Shown: piece by piece, positions 39,601 to 52,100 of the stretch
How positions within the stretch are numbered: position 1 is the stretch's first letter
Layout of the letters: each line of letters opens with the position of its first letter
NCBI RefSeq assembly: GCF_039654945.1
Contig: NW_027361788.1
Span: 21,390,001 to 21,454,000, forward strand
Direction: 5' to 3'
Source of the DNA: Dendrobates tinctorius
Lineage: Eukaryota
Length of the DNA: 64,000 nt
Notes under the pieces: generated by a model
What the model was told of the DNA's origin: nothing
Databases searched by the model: none
Seen by the model: the letters and a program-made list of their open reading frames with translations, nothing else
Position numbers and translations under genes: made by a program

Positions 39601-40582
39601 TAGGGTGACCGGATCTCATATGGGGGGGAAAAAATGTTGGAATCTTGTCCGACTGGACCCCACAAAACGATTCCCCTTTCCAGATATTGAGATAGCCAAA
39701 ATTTGAGCTCGATCAAACGACGTTAACCCGTGCCGCTCGTCACTCAAAATTTGAAAAAATCCAAATTGAGGTATTTTAAGATTTAGGTATTTTGCATAGT
39801 CTGTTAGACTATAAAGAATGTGACAACAACATTGCAGAAATAGCCCTGACCAAATTTTCGAACCATTTGTGGTATTTGAATGCAGAGTTGGTGGGATTAT
39901 CGTTTTTTGATCCCACCATTACAGACAATGAAAAGTTGTTAATGGCTAATAAATTGCTCAGTAGCACAGATGAACCATCAGAGCACGCTAACCTACATGA
40001 GTTGATAATTTTACATAGTTATCTAATCTATTCTAGAGCTTTTGTTAAAGTAGTTTTTGAAAAGTCAGAATATAATGCTCGGCATTTGCTTACAACTTGC
40101 AGGACATATTGCTTTTGTTCTTCATCTTTTGTCAGAAGGTCGTTAAAGTCGGTTACTTCCTACCTCTTTTAATTTTTCTTTCCTAACTTTTGGCTTTACA
40201 ACCCTAGCGTGCTCTGATGGTTCATCTGTGCTACTGAGCAATTTATTAGCCATTAACAACTTTTCATTGTCTGTAATGGTGGGATCAAAAAACGATAATC
40301 CCACCAACTCTGCATTCAAATACCACAAATGGGTCGAAAATTTGGTCAGGGCTATTTCTGCAATGTTGTTGTCACATTCTTTATAGTCTAACAGACTATG
40401 CAAAATACCTAAATCTTAAAAAACCTCAATTTGGATTTTTTCAAACTTTGAGCGACGAGCGGCACGGGTTAACGTTGTTTGATCGAGCTCAAATTTTGGC
40501 TATCTCAATATCTGGAAAGGGGAATTGTTTTGTGGGGTCCAGACGGACAAAATTCCGACATCGATTTTTTGCGGTCACCCTA
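39601..40582. mobile_element. Foldback hAT (hATm-like) element with transposase remnants
   Basis: TIR TAGGGTGACCG, perfect 8-bp TSD GTGTACAT; ~380-bp inverted arms encoding KFS(N/T)HLWYLNAELVGLSFFD; spacer encodes DFNDLLTKDEEQKQYVLQVV on the minus strand. Confidence 0.85.
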
Positions 40583-41484
40583 GTGTACATTGTTTTACTC
40601 TCTGAACTTCTTCCTCCCTAACTTCGCCTTGATTGCAGCTCCTTTGATGGACCTCCGGAAGGGTAGTTGGCTAAGTGGTCACCGGAGGCCGAGGGGGCAT
40701 TTTAGGAACTAACGTTAGCCCTCTGTAGGCAGGCAGTGCTAATAGTGCCGAACTTTTCAAAGGAGTTCATTGTCCAAATGGATGTGATGGATTTTGGGCT
40801 GCGTGCAGTCTTGTCAGAGTAGGTTAACGGAGAGGAGCCCCCTGTGATATACCTAAGTCAGGAGCTGTCCACCTGCAACAAGAATTACGCCATAGTGGAG
40901 AAAGAATATTTAGCCATCAAGTGGACATTGGACGCTCTTAGATACTACTTGCTGGGAAGTACATTTAGATTAGCGTCTGACCATGCTCCAAATGATGGAT
41001 GCAAGAGAAGGGGAACAATGCCCGGGTGACACAGTGGTTCCTAGCCCCTCAAGACTTTAGCTTTCGGGTAGCACATAGACCTGGGAAACAGCACAGGAAT
41101 GAGGATGCCCTGTCAAAAGTGCATTGTATGTCGGTAGAAGGTGCCCAACTTCCCTGGCTTTTGGAAGAGGGGGGTATGTAAGGTGCCAGCTGTACAGGTT
41201 CTGGATGGAGATATGTGTCACTGAGGTAGTTAACCTTGGTGATGTGATCCGGGAAGAGCAAGCTCCTGCACCATTAGTGCTGAGAGGTTTTTTTTAATAG
41301 GTCCGGATTTTGGTTTCAGGTTTTGGGAACGGCCACAAAAGTTGGGTGGGACTGGCCTTTCCCATATCTTGACCTCTAGGATTAGAGGGGTTATTTAAGG
41401 TTGGTCAGCTGCCTCAGTTACTGTCTGGGAATAGAGGTGGAAATACCTCTGTTGTATTGGTCAGTTGCAGTTAAGACTTACTAA

Positions 41485-41816
41485 GGGTGTGTGCACACGC
41501 CGCGGATTCTGCTGCGTATCCGCAGCAGTTTTTGCTGCGGTGTACAGTACCTTTATATTCTATGGAAATCAAAAACAGCAGTACACACGGTGCGGATTTT
41601 TCCGTGTGGATTTGCTGCGGTTTCAAATCCGCAGCATGTCACTTCTTCGTGTGGAATCCGCAGCGGTTTTACACCTGCTCCATTGTAGAGGTGTCAAACC
41701 GCAGGGGAAAACCGCAGGTTAATCCGCAGGTCTTTTGACATGCGGACTTACCTGCGGATTTTGCAAAGTCCGCGCGGAAAATTCTGCAGCAGAATCCGCA
41801 GCATGTGCACACACCC
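41485..41816. mobile_element. Harbinger-like MITE inserted in the 3' LTR
   Basis: GGGTGTGTGCACA TIRs, TAA TSD. Confidence 0.82.
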
Positions 41817-42858
41817 TAAGGATGGAGACTGTTGTAAACGGATGATCACGTGCATCTGTTTTATTTCATGTTAGACCATTTTGCTGGTGAAAAGTAGTTT
41901 GTGTTAATTTGAAGATTGATGAAGCTAAATAAATCTTCCTATATGACTAAGAACTTTGCTGCCTGTGCCCACCTCAACCAAAGAGTAGAATCCTTACAAC
42001 CTATATAGAAATATGACTTAATAAATGTATAGATATGTTTATTTTCACATTTTTCATCGGTCCCTTAGATCACTTGTACAATACATAGTTAATTCTGTAA
42101 TATTGTAGTGTACCGTAAAATTTCCGATTACCTAAGAAGCCCAACCCCAGGATTTATAGGGGTACACACACGGCAGACACCGGGGGCTTCAGTAGTACAT
42201 CCGGCTGCCATGACGGTGACCATCTGCACCCTGCAATCATGTTCAGGGGGCAATTAAAAAAGAGCCACCTTCCTCCATTTTCAACCTCTTAAAAGCCGCT
42301 GTCAATCAAGAACGTGGCACATAAGCGGGTAAACTACTGCGACGAAGGCGCGGCTGTACGACACAGCTCCTGGGACCGTGCCATACGGATATGTAACAAA
42401 TGGCGCCAATAGGAACCGAGGCAGTGTGGCCCCCAGGTGCCGTAGGCCTCAGCCATTGTTGGATTACTGGGTGCTGACTTCAGACTGCCACAGCCTTATG
42501 GGAAATGCCAATGTCTCCCTGTATGGTCACCTTGCTGAGGGCACCGCTGCATTCACCCTTTAGCTCTTGGGGGCAGTGTAACCTCTGATTTCTCTGCACA
42601 GTAATAATATGATGTATATAATAATGCGGAGACTTTGTCCGACTGTGGAATTTTTTATATTTTACTGCAAAAATAAAAACCATTACTGAAAGCAACCAAT
42701 CAGAGCTCAGCTTTTATCCTGTAAACTGCTTTGGAAAAATGAAAGGCGAGCCCTGATTGGCTTGTCCTCCTACAATGCTTGTGTACATGAATAAGATTCC
42801 CACTAAGGAAGCTGCCATTTTACTGTCATGAACGGAGTTACCAGCTTCTGCTGGTCAT

Positions 42859-42980
42859 ACTACAACTCTTAACTAAAGTGAGAAAGGAAGTCTAGCGTGA
42901 CCTGCTGGGAGTCGTAGTTTTCTGACAGCTCGGGTGACTGAACTGTGCCTCAACAAAGAACTACGCTACCCGGCATGCCG
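42859..42980. promoter_or_regulatory. GPKOW promoter with clustered ZNF143/THAP11-type (ACTACA..TCCCAG) motifs
   Basis: ACTACGACTCCCAGCAG (minus, 42902-42918), ACTACGCTACCCGGCATGCC (42960-42979), ACTACAACTC (42859); CpG-rich; YY1-like ATGGCGGC at the start codon. Confidence 0.65.
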
Positions 42981-43033
42981 CGCGGTACACGGGCGCTTCC
43001 CAACGTGCAGTGCGCGCGGTGAATAGGGAAATA

Positions 43034-43185
43034 ATGATGGCGGCCTCCGGTTCTTCTCAGGCTCCGGTATCTTTCGGGTTCAGTCGCGTCTCCAGACCGA
43101 AGCTTGTTACTAGCGGCCATAATGAGGCGGGAGATGGGGAGGAGAAGGAGTATGTGCTGGCGGCGGAGGGGAAGGAGCTGCTGAG
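43034..43185 (+). CDS. GPKOW: GPKOW exon 1
   Basis: [18 protein letters not shown]...[10 protein letters not shown]|GTGAGA. Confidence 0.88.
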
Positions 43186-46100
43186 GTGAGAGCAGTGGGC
43201 AGACATGTCTCTATTACCTGTGCCTGGTGTCAGCCTTACTTTCAGGAGGCTGGGAGTAGTAGTGGTCGTAGTCCTCACTACTGTCGCCTTCTATCCCTGT
43301 CGTCCTGTAAGTGCGTGTTCACACGGCGGATATTTCTGAAGGATCAGTCAGATTTTTTTTCGTTCTGGTAGAATCCCATCGGATTTACCATGTGGAAATA
43401 CAGTCCATGTTACTGCCCTGCAGCGTCGACCTCGTCTGTCATCATGTGACCGCTGCAGACAATCACTGGCAACACTGGACCGGTGTAGGGTCACCAAAGA
43501 TGCGGGGGGATCGGGCTGTGTGTTACACAGCAGCGACCAGACCAGGCTCCTTTTACTGCTGTTTATTTAAATGGCACCCTGAATCGGTGACCGCAGCGTC
43601 TGAACGGGGCGTCCTTCCCCTGCGAGACGCTTTTTGTGGAGTGCTGATGGGTTGTCATAGCAGCTGAGGGTCTACAGAAGGTTCCTTCCACAGGGCGGGC
43701 TCCATAGAAGTACCAAGATGGCAGTGGTGGGGGCCTTTAGAGTGCTGAAAATGGTAACACAAGTAAACAAACTACTCAAGTCTGATATTACCATACTCGC
43801 ACCGATACCGAGAATCATGTCAGGTAATTTTTTCCCGCACAACAAACAACTTTTTTTTCCACTATTTTTCAGTACGTTATATGGTAAAATGAATGTCATT
43901 CCTAACTATAAATCTTCCCACAAAAAACTCCCTAAAATGTCGACGGCTCTTGGAAATGCAGCTCTAATCCAGAGCTGCCCTTTTATGTTTGGTCACCGCT
44001 TGTCTTCTGCACTCCCGCTGCTCCGTGTGTCTCTTGGTGCATGATCACGTGTCATCGGCAGTCGCCAAACACTGGCCAGCACGCTTACATGGCAGTTCTC
44101 TGGGGACATCATCCAACCCCCTGATGATGTCACTCTGGCACACAAGGAGCGAGGAACGCAGAAGAAACAAGGTTAGGTGATGTGTAAGGCAGAGACGCCG
44201 CTGTCAGCAGAATTCAGTGATGGAAAATTCATGTCCTCTATTTTTCCATTCGTTTTGGAAAATGTTCCTGTTACTCATCAGTATAAGCCGGGGGCTATTA
44301 ACGCGTGAGACGACTTGTGCGCTCCTCCTGGGATTCATTGTGATGAGACCTGAGGTGTGTTACAGATGTGTCACAACAGGAAACTAGCACTCCATCTCTT
44401 ACCTATGAAAAGAAGAGTCGACATCTTGTGGATCAGTGGGGGTCCTACTGCTGATCCCGAGAACGGGACCCTGACATCCTACACTTATTCTCTATGGGAC
44501 TGCCAGTGATTGCAGACTACACTGACATGCATAGTTAATGAATTTAGTCTGATCAGTCACTTCAGAGCCAAATTCTCATGATCAGTGGGGGTTCCAGCTT
44601 TTAGGCCCCCACTGGTTTGCAAGTGGTTGCCTATCTTTGGGATAGACAAACCTTTAAAGAGAATCTGTCACCAGGTTTTGTCAACCAAAGCTGAGAGCAG
44701 CATAATGTAGGGACAGAGACCTTTATTCCAGCGATGTGTCACTTAGCGGGCTGCTTGCTTGAAGTTTTGATCTTTTTGTGATAAAACTGTAATTAAATCT
44801 CTAGACGACTAGCGTAAACATGCTGCCATGTAGTCCTCTATATTGATGAGCTCTGTATAACCCCATCCCCATCACTGATTGGCAGCTTCCCGTTTGTACA
44901 CTGTTGCCAATCAGAGGTGTGGGCGGAATTATAAAGGGCTCAGTATTCAGAGCTCTGCAAGATCTACAACAGATAAACCTATGAATTTCTTCAAACAGCA
45001 GCACACAGCCCAGTAAGTGACACATTTCTGGAATCAGGGTCTCTGCCCCTACATCATACTGTTCTCAGATGGGGTAGAAATTACTGCTGATGGATTTCCT
45101 TTTAAAGGATTATTTCCCAACATTCAAGTTAGGCCCTATATGCATCCGTAGCGATTCTCAAGATTGGGTATCTGTGACACTCGAAAAAGAGGCTGTACAG
45201 CCCCATCTGTAACGATGTGGCGGTTGTGTGTCCTCATCCTCCACTTCATTCACTGTTAATGGGATGGCAGAAATAGCTGGACACCGCGTTCTGCTTCTTC
45301 CGACAGTCCAATAATCAATGAATGGAGCAAAGGTTGACCAGGTTCATCTCTGCTCCGTGCGAGACGGGGCTGTAAAGTCTCTGCTAGGGGTCCGACCTTT
45401 GAAACCCCATCAATCAGCAAGGTTTTTCCTGTCCTATGCATATGGGTTAATTTTTTTTTTTGAGTGTTTATTTTTTTACTCACTTATGTAGCACCATTAA
45501 TTACATGGCGCTTCACACGCATTTTCGGCACTATCCCCGTTGGGGCTCACAATCTAAATTTTCTATCAGTATGTCTAAACACACCTGAGTGTGACTGCAA
45601 CGATCCTCTACTTGTGGCCAGTAGCCCCTCACGCCTCAGTAATGCACCCCTCCAGTCTCTAAAGGTACTGTCACACTTAGCGATGTACCAGCGATCCCGA
45701 CCAGCGATATGACACGGTCAGGATCGCTGGTACATCGCTAAGTGGTCGCTAGTGAGCTGCCACATAGGCAGATCTCACCAGCGACATCGCTGGGGACGGG
45801 GGTCGCTACTTACCTGTCACACTAGGCGATCCTGCGTCCTCCCGCCCGGCTCCACGCGTCGCTCGTCTTCACAGCAGGAAGTGCCGCAGGAAGCTGACGA
45901 CGAGAAACTGTCCTGAACGTTCTCGCGTGATCAGCGATAACCAGCGGGGGAGCGGGTCGTAGGTAAGTATCAGACACAGAGATATCGCTAGCAATATCGC
46001 TATAACGTCACTAGTTATAGCGATATTGCTAGCGATATCTCTTAGTGTGACAGGCCCTTTAAACGTTCCCGCTATCTTGCCTCATTCGCTTGTGTGTACT

Positions 46101-49100
46101 GATTAGATGGGCACTAGAGAAAAGGCTTTTGTTCATCCTGATCTCTTTGCTCATTGGTGGGATGCATGAAATACAGTGCTGGAGCAGCAGAATAGTAGAA
46201 GAGGTATAGGAAGGACTCTGCGTCTTTTGTTGTTTTTTTTAAATTGTGTAATAAAATGTTCTTAACCATTTATTTATTTATTTATTTATTTTACTCTTGC
46301 AGCACTAAACCCGTTCAGGAGGCCAAACCTCTCGTGATACCACTAATACAGAAGAACCGGTGGTCCCAGCTGAGTAAAGTGAGAACTGAAAATGGTGGCA
46401 CACAGACAGAGCTGGACCCGGTGCTCTCGCAGGCCGTACAGGAGCTTATTGACGGTATGGTATTATTACTGATTGTGGCCCTTCACCCTTCTAGTGTCAG
46501 ATTGGATCAGAAATTATGCACCCGGAGAAAAATAGAAAATGCATTTCTATTAGTGACACCAATGGCATTTCTGCAGACTTTTCATACAAAACGTGATTAG
46601 ACCGATACCACACTCAAAAGATCAAAATGGTTTTATTTAAGTTGTTAAATTTTTTTTCTAAAACTTGTAAAGAAAACATTTTTTTGTTTGTGTCGCCATT
46701 TTCCAAGAGCCGTAACGTTTTCAATTTTCTGAATAATGAGCTGAGTGAGGACTTCTTTTTTTTTTTAATTAGCCGAGCTGATGTTTTCATTAATATAATT
46801 TTGGGGTTCATACAATTTTTTGAAAACCCCTTATTGCATTTTTTTGTGTTCTGGTGGCCAAAAAAATGCAGTTCTGGCATTTTGATTTTTTTCCTCCCTA
46901 CACAGTTTATCAATTGGATTAATGCATTTTATATTTCGATAGATCAGACTTTTATGAACGCAGGTATACCACATGTGTATTTTTTATTTATTTATTTTGT
47001 TAATGTGGGGGAGGTGATTTTAACTTTTTTCCATATTGTTTAAAACTTTGTTTTTTAAACTTTTGTTTGTCCTCTTCCGGACTTGAACCGGCAATCATCT
47101 GATCATTTGTACTATACACAGTAGCGCTATAATACTGTTGTGTACAGTGTAAATCGCATTCTCCTATGAATGCCAGCTACTTGCTGGCCTTTACAGGAAT
47201 AACATGATGACAGGCACGGGGGTCTTCAAATTGACATTTAAAAGATTAACAGCCACGGGTGGAGGTCCACACCAGCAGTGGCTGGTAGAGGCAGATGATG
47301 GCGGAATATCACAGCCATCATCTGCCGGGAAAGATGCGGGATTGGCTGCAGGGAGAAGACTTATGGTGGACATAGTACGTCTTATGTTGTTAAGGATGAT
47401 ATATCTGTCCCGGTAATGTAGAATTTTGGTTAAGACAGGTCTTGGTGGATGCCTAGGAGGAAGGGGACGGGTCTAAAACTATATCCTCACTAAGACCACC
47501 TAATTGCGCAGTCAGAGCAGATAACTCTCCATGTATTGATTTGTTCCCACTACTTTACATTTCATTTTAATTTTCAAAAGAGTCTCGGAAAAAAGATCAG
47601 GATGATTCTGAGGGCAACCAGACGATCAGCATCCCCCTACTAATGCAAAACAAAGTACCCAATGGCTACGAAGACGGAGACAAAGTAAACGTGAGCCTGC
47701 GGCCGGAGTCTGTAAGTCATCACCCCGCCCTCTTGTCTATTTAAAGGGAATCTGTCTGGAATCAATATCAAAGTACACTACGTGGAGCCATGCCCATATT
47801 TATAAAGTGTTGTGATGGCTTTGGAGGAATGAAACTCTTGGAACGGATTTTTAAAGGGATTATCACACTAACAAAATCAATGTCTAATCGATAGAAAAAA
47901 ATGCTTGAATTTCTATCTATTGGATAATGTTGCTTTGCAGAGATAACCTGATAATGATGCCTGATGGACCCTGTGTCACGGCCTGGGCTCGACAACATAG
48001 ATGAGCTTTAGCTGCTGGTTGTATTATTCCATCAGGAGGAGGATAAGTGAATATTGTCTGAGGCGCTGGCATTGGCTCCATGCAGCTTCCTTTCATCTAA
48101 GTAGCATGGTATGTGCTTTAGCAGTGGAGCTTTGACTCATCTCAATAAATCACCCCTGGGAAGTACAAAGTGCTCAGTGGCCGGACATGTATACTATGTT
48201 TTTTCACAGTTTATATGTCCAGCCACTGAGCTCAAAACTCATCTGCTATAGCACCTACCAACCTACCATCACTACTTAGATGATGTCGGGGGAGTAATGT
48301 CACTTACATGGGATAGCCCCTGCCAGCGTCATCAGCAGAGAATATCGACTTACCTTCACTTCTATGCGATTATTGCAAACAGCAGATGCCGACCAGCAGG
48401 TAAATGTCCTCCACGTGGTCGGGCACAAACCGTTACATTGGACTTGGCGCGTGCACCATCATCAGTTTATCTCTGCACAGCAACTTTATTTAAAAAAGCC
48501 ATCCAATTGTGAAAATGCTTAATTTTCTACACCATGTGCAGAATTATTAGGCAAGTTGTATTTGAGAGGATTCTTTTTATTATTGAACAACAACTATGTT
48601 CTCAATCAACCCAAAAGACTCATAAATATTAAAATATTTTTGGAAGTTGGAGTGGGTTTTTTTTAGATTTGGCTATCTTAGGCTAGTTTCACACTAGCGC
48701 TTTGGAGCGCAGCGACGGCCTGCGCACGGCCGCCGCTAAGCCCCGTCCCCTGTCGCACCTCCGCCGGTAGCTCCGCCTACCGGCGCATGACGCTGCATGC
48801 ATCCTGCGTCCCCCTATCTAGGCGGAGCTACCGGCGGAGGCGCGGCAGGGGGCGGGGCTTAGTGGCGGCCGTGCGCAGGCCGTCGCTGCGCTCCAAAGCG
48901 CTAGTGTGAAACTAGCCTTAGGAGGATATGTGTTTGTGCAGGTAACTATTAATGTGCAGATTTATTGGGCAACTTAATAAAAACCAAATATATGCTCATC
49001 TCACTTGCTTATTTTCACCAGATAAACCAATAGAGCAACACAAAATTTAGAAATAAACATTTCTGACATTCAAAAACAAAACAAAAAAAAATCAGTGTCC

Positions 49101-52100
49101 AATATAGCCACCTTCCTTTACGATGACACTCAAAAGCCTTCCGTCCATAGATTCTGTCAGTTGCTTGATCTGTTTACGGTCAACATTGCGTGCCGCAGCC
49201 ACCACAGCCTCCCAGACACTGTTCGGAGAGGTGTAATGTTTTCACTCCCTGTAGCTCTCACATTTTATGAGGGACCACAAGTTCTCTATGGGGTTCAGAT
49301 CAGGTGAACAAGGGGGCCATGTCATTATTTTTTCTTCTTTTAGACCTTTACTGGGCAGCCACGCTGTGGAGTATTTGGATGCATGTGATGGAGCATTGTC
49401 CTGCATGAAAATCATGTTTTTCTTGAACGATACCGACTTCTTCCTGTACCACTGCTTGAAGACGGTGTCTTCCAGAAACTGCCAGTAGGTCTGGGAGTTG
49501 AGCTTCTCTCCATCCTCAACCTGAAAAGGTCCCACACGCTCATCTTTGATGATACCAGCCCATACCAGTACTCCACCTCCACCTTGCTGGCGTCTGAGTT
49601 GGAGTGGAGCTCTCTGCCCTTTACTGATCCAGCCTTAGGCCCATCCATCTGGCCAATCAAGAGTCGCTCTCGTTTCATCAGTCCATAAAACCGTAGAAAA
49701 ATCAGTCTTAAGATATTTCTTGGCCCAGTCTTGACGTTTTATCTTATGTTTCTTGTTGAAAGGTGGTCATTTTCCAGCCTTCCTTACCTTGGCTATGTCC
49801 CTGAGTATGGCACACCTTGTGCTTTTTGATACTCCAGTAACATTGCAGCTCTGAAATATGGCAAAACTGGTGGCAAATGGCATCTTGGCAGCTTCACGCT
49901 TGATTTTCCTCAATTCATGGGCCGTTATTTTGCGCCTTTTTTTATCAACACGCTTCTTGCGACCCTGTTGTCTATTTGCCATGAAACGCTTGATTGTTCG
50001 GTGATCACGCTTCAAAAGTTTGGCAATTTCAAGACTGCTGCATCCCTCTGCAAGACATTGCACAATTTTTGACTTTTCAGAGTCCGCCAAATCTCTCTTC
50101 TGACCCATTTTGCCAAAGGAAAGGAAGTTACCTAATAATTAAGCACACCTTATATAGGGTGTTGATGTCATTAGACCACACCCCTCCTCATTACAGAGAT
50201 GCAAATCACCTGATTTACATAATTGGCAGTTGGCTTTCAAGCCTATACAGCTTGGAGTAGGACATGTGTAAAAAAAAAAAAAAAAAAGATGATGTGATCA
50301 AAATACTCATTTGCCTAATAATTCTGCACCCAGTGTATTATCTATCATTTAGATGGCACTTTTGTTCGTGAGACAATCCTTTTAAATATAATGATCTGGC
50401 TTCTCTTACGCATGTGGATTAGTGATGAGCGAACACGCTTGAATAAGGTGTTATCCGAGCATGCTCGGGTGCTAACCGAGTGATTTCGGTGTGCTCTAAA
50501 AATACGTTTGCGTCTCCGCGGCTGCATGTTTCGCTGCTGTTCAACAGCTGCAACACATGCAGGGATTGCCTAACAAACAAGAAATCCCTGCATGTTTTGC
50601 GGCTGTCGAACAGCTACGAGACATGCACCCGCGGGGACTCGAACATATTTTTCAAGCACACTGAAGACATTTGGTTAGCACCTGAGCATGCTCAGATAAC
50701 GCCTTATCCCAGTACGCTCGCTCATTACTAATAAGGATCTGTGCTGACTTTCAGATCGATTTCAGAGCTGACACAATCTGTTGTCCACACATTGTAGTAA
50801 TTGATGTTGTGGTTACTAGTGTCTCTGCTGGTCCGTGCCATTCTTTACCCGTATTAACCAGATCCTGTAACTCCTTCCCTCTGCACTGCTGGACAATGAC
50901 GTGGCTCTGGTGCAGTGATACTTTAGACCACCCTGAGATCAGGTTTTTATTCCACAGGCGGAGGCTGCAGACTATGAAGTGGTCCCTGTGGAGCAATATG
51001 GGATGGCAATGCTGAGAGGAATGGGCTGGAAAGAGGGAGAAGGCATTGGAAAGACCTTCAAACAGTGCGTATGATATATGGCCAGCAAACATTATTGGAC
51101 TATCCTATTCCTAGAATGTAGGTTTATGTTTTAAAGATCTTTTATGGGACAAAAATTGATATCTCGAAAAGCATCACTTGATTGTGAACTGACTTCCTAT
51201 TTGGTGGTATTTTGGCTCCGTACACGGGTGTATACACCAGCCATCTTGGGACTGGGTGTCGGACCCACATGTATCTGATACTGATGACCAATTCTTAGCA
51301 TAAACCTTCAGTATAAAAGTCCAAGTTAGTTCCTTTAACAATTGCTGGAAGGGAAATGTTATGTTTCCTTGGCTATGGTCACATTGGGGGACAATTTGCT
51401 ACCTTTTTGGGTTAATATGGCTTTATAGAAAGCAGTATTGTAAAGGCTAATTAGATTTGTGTCTCAACCAACCACTGCAAAAGAAAAAAAAGGAAATCTC
51501 CAAAAACATATAGTTGACTCAATCTCAGTCATTGTTTCCTTTCTACATAGGGATGTGAAGCCTTTAGAGCAAAAGCTCCGTCCCAAGGGGCTAGGACTCG
51601 GAGCTGACCGGTCTGCTATCAATGACCTTGAGCCCCAGAAACTGCGCAGGCCCTTGAAACCAGGAGACAAACCAGAAGATGAAGAAGCAAAAGGCCTTGG
51701 CCCGGGCAGCGCAGTGTTAATACAGAGTGGTGCCCACAAAGAGCTGTATGGGAAGGTGCGGTTAGTGATTATTCCTGTATATGGAGCCACATACCGTGTT
51801 GTCATTACCCCGATCACCATTAGCTGGTCTCTGTGTAGGTGGAGGGCCTGGACGCAGACAACTGCCGAGCAATGGTGAAGCTGGCGATCGGTGGAAAAGT
51901 TGTCACCGTCTCCCAGTTTACATTGCGATTGGTCAGCAGAGCAGAATACAACAAATACGCGAAGGATCTCAGTAAGTACAAGACGGTGATTATTCTCCAC
52001 TCATTTGTGATGATTGGAAGCGACATAAGACAGACGCGCCCTGTGACGCCCTTTCTGATTTACTGCACCACGTCGCACCCACACAATGTAAGCTCACATG

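Larger units (their letters stand above)
36223..41998 (+). mobile_element. Decayed Gmr1-type Ty3/Gypsy LTR retrotransposon (INT-RT-RH order) with nested insertions
   Basis: 5' LTR remnant 36223-36470 matches 3' LTR 41177-41998 (TGTAAGG...CCTTACA), PPT GGAAGAGGGGGG before it; integrase remnant 36472-36960 (DCLLPYLL.YIREVPGASTGFS; KWQGLYEV; VYHINLIKP); RT 37190-37475 (DLDDIVIFS, INPKKC); RNaseH 40620-41125 (NYAIVEKEYLAIKW; HRPGKQHRNEDALS). Confidence 0.85.
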
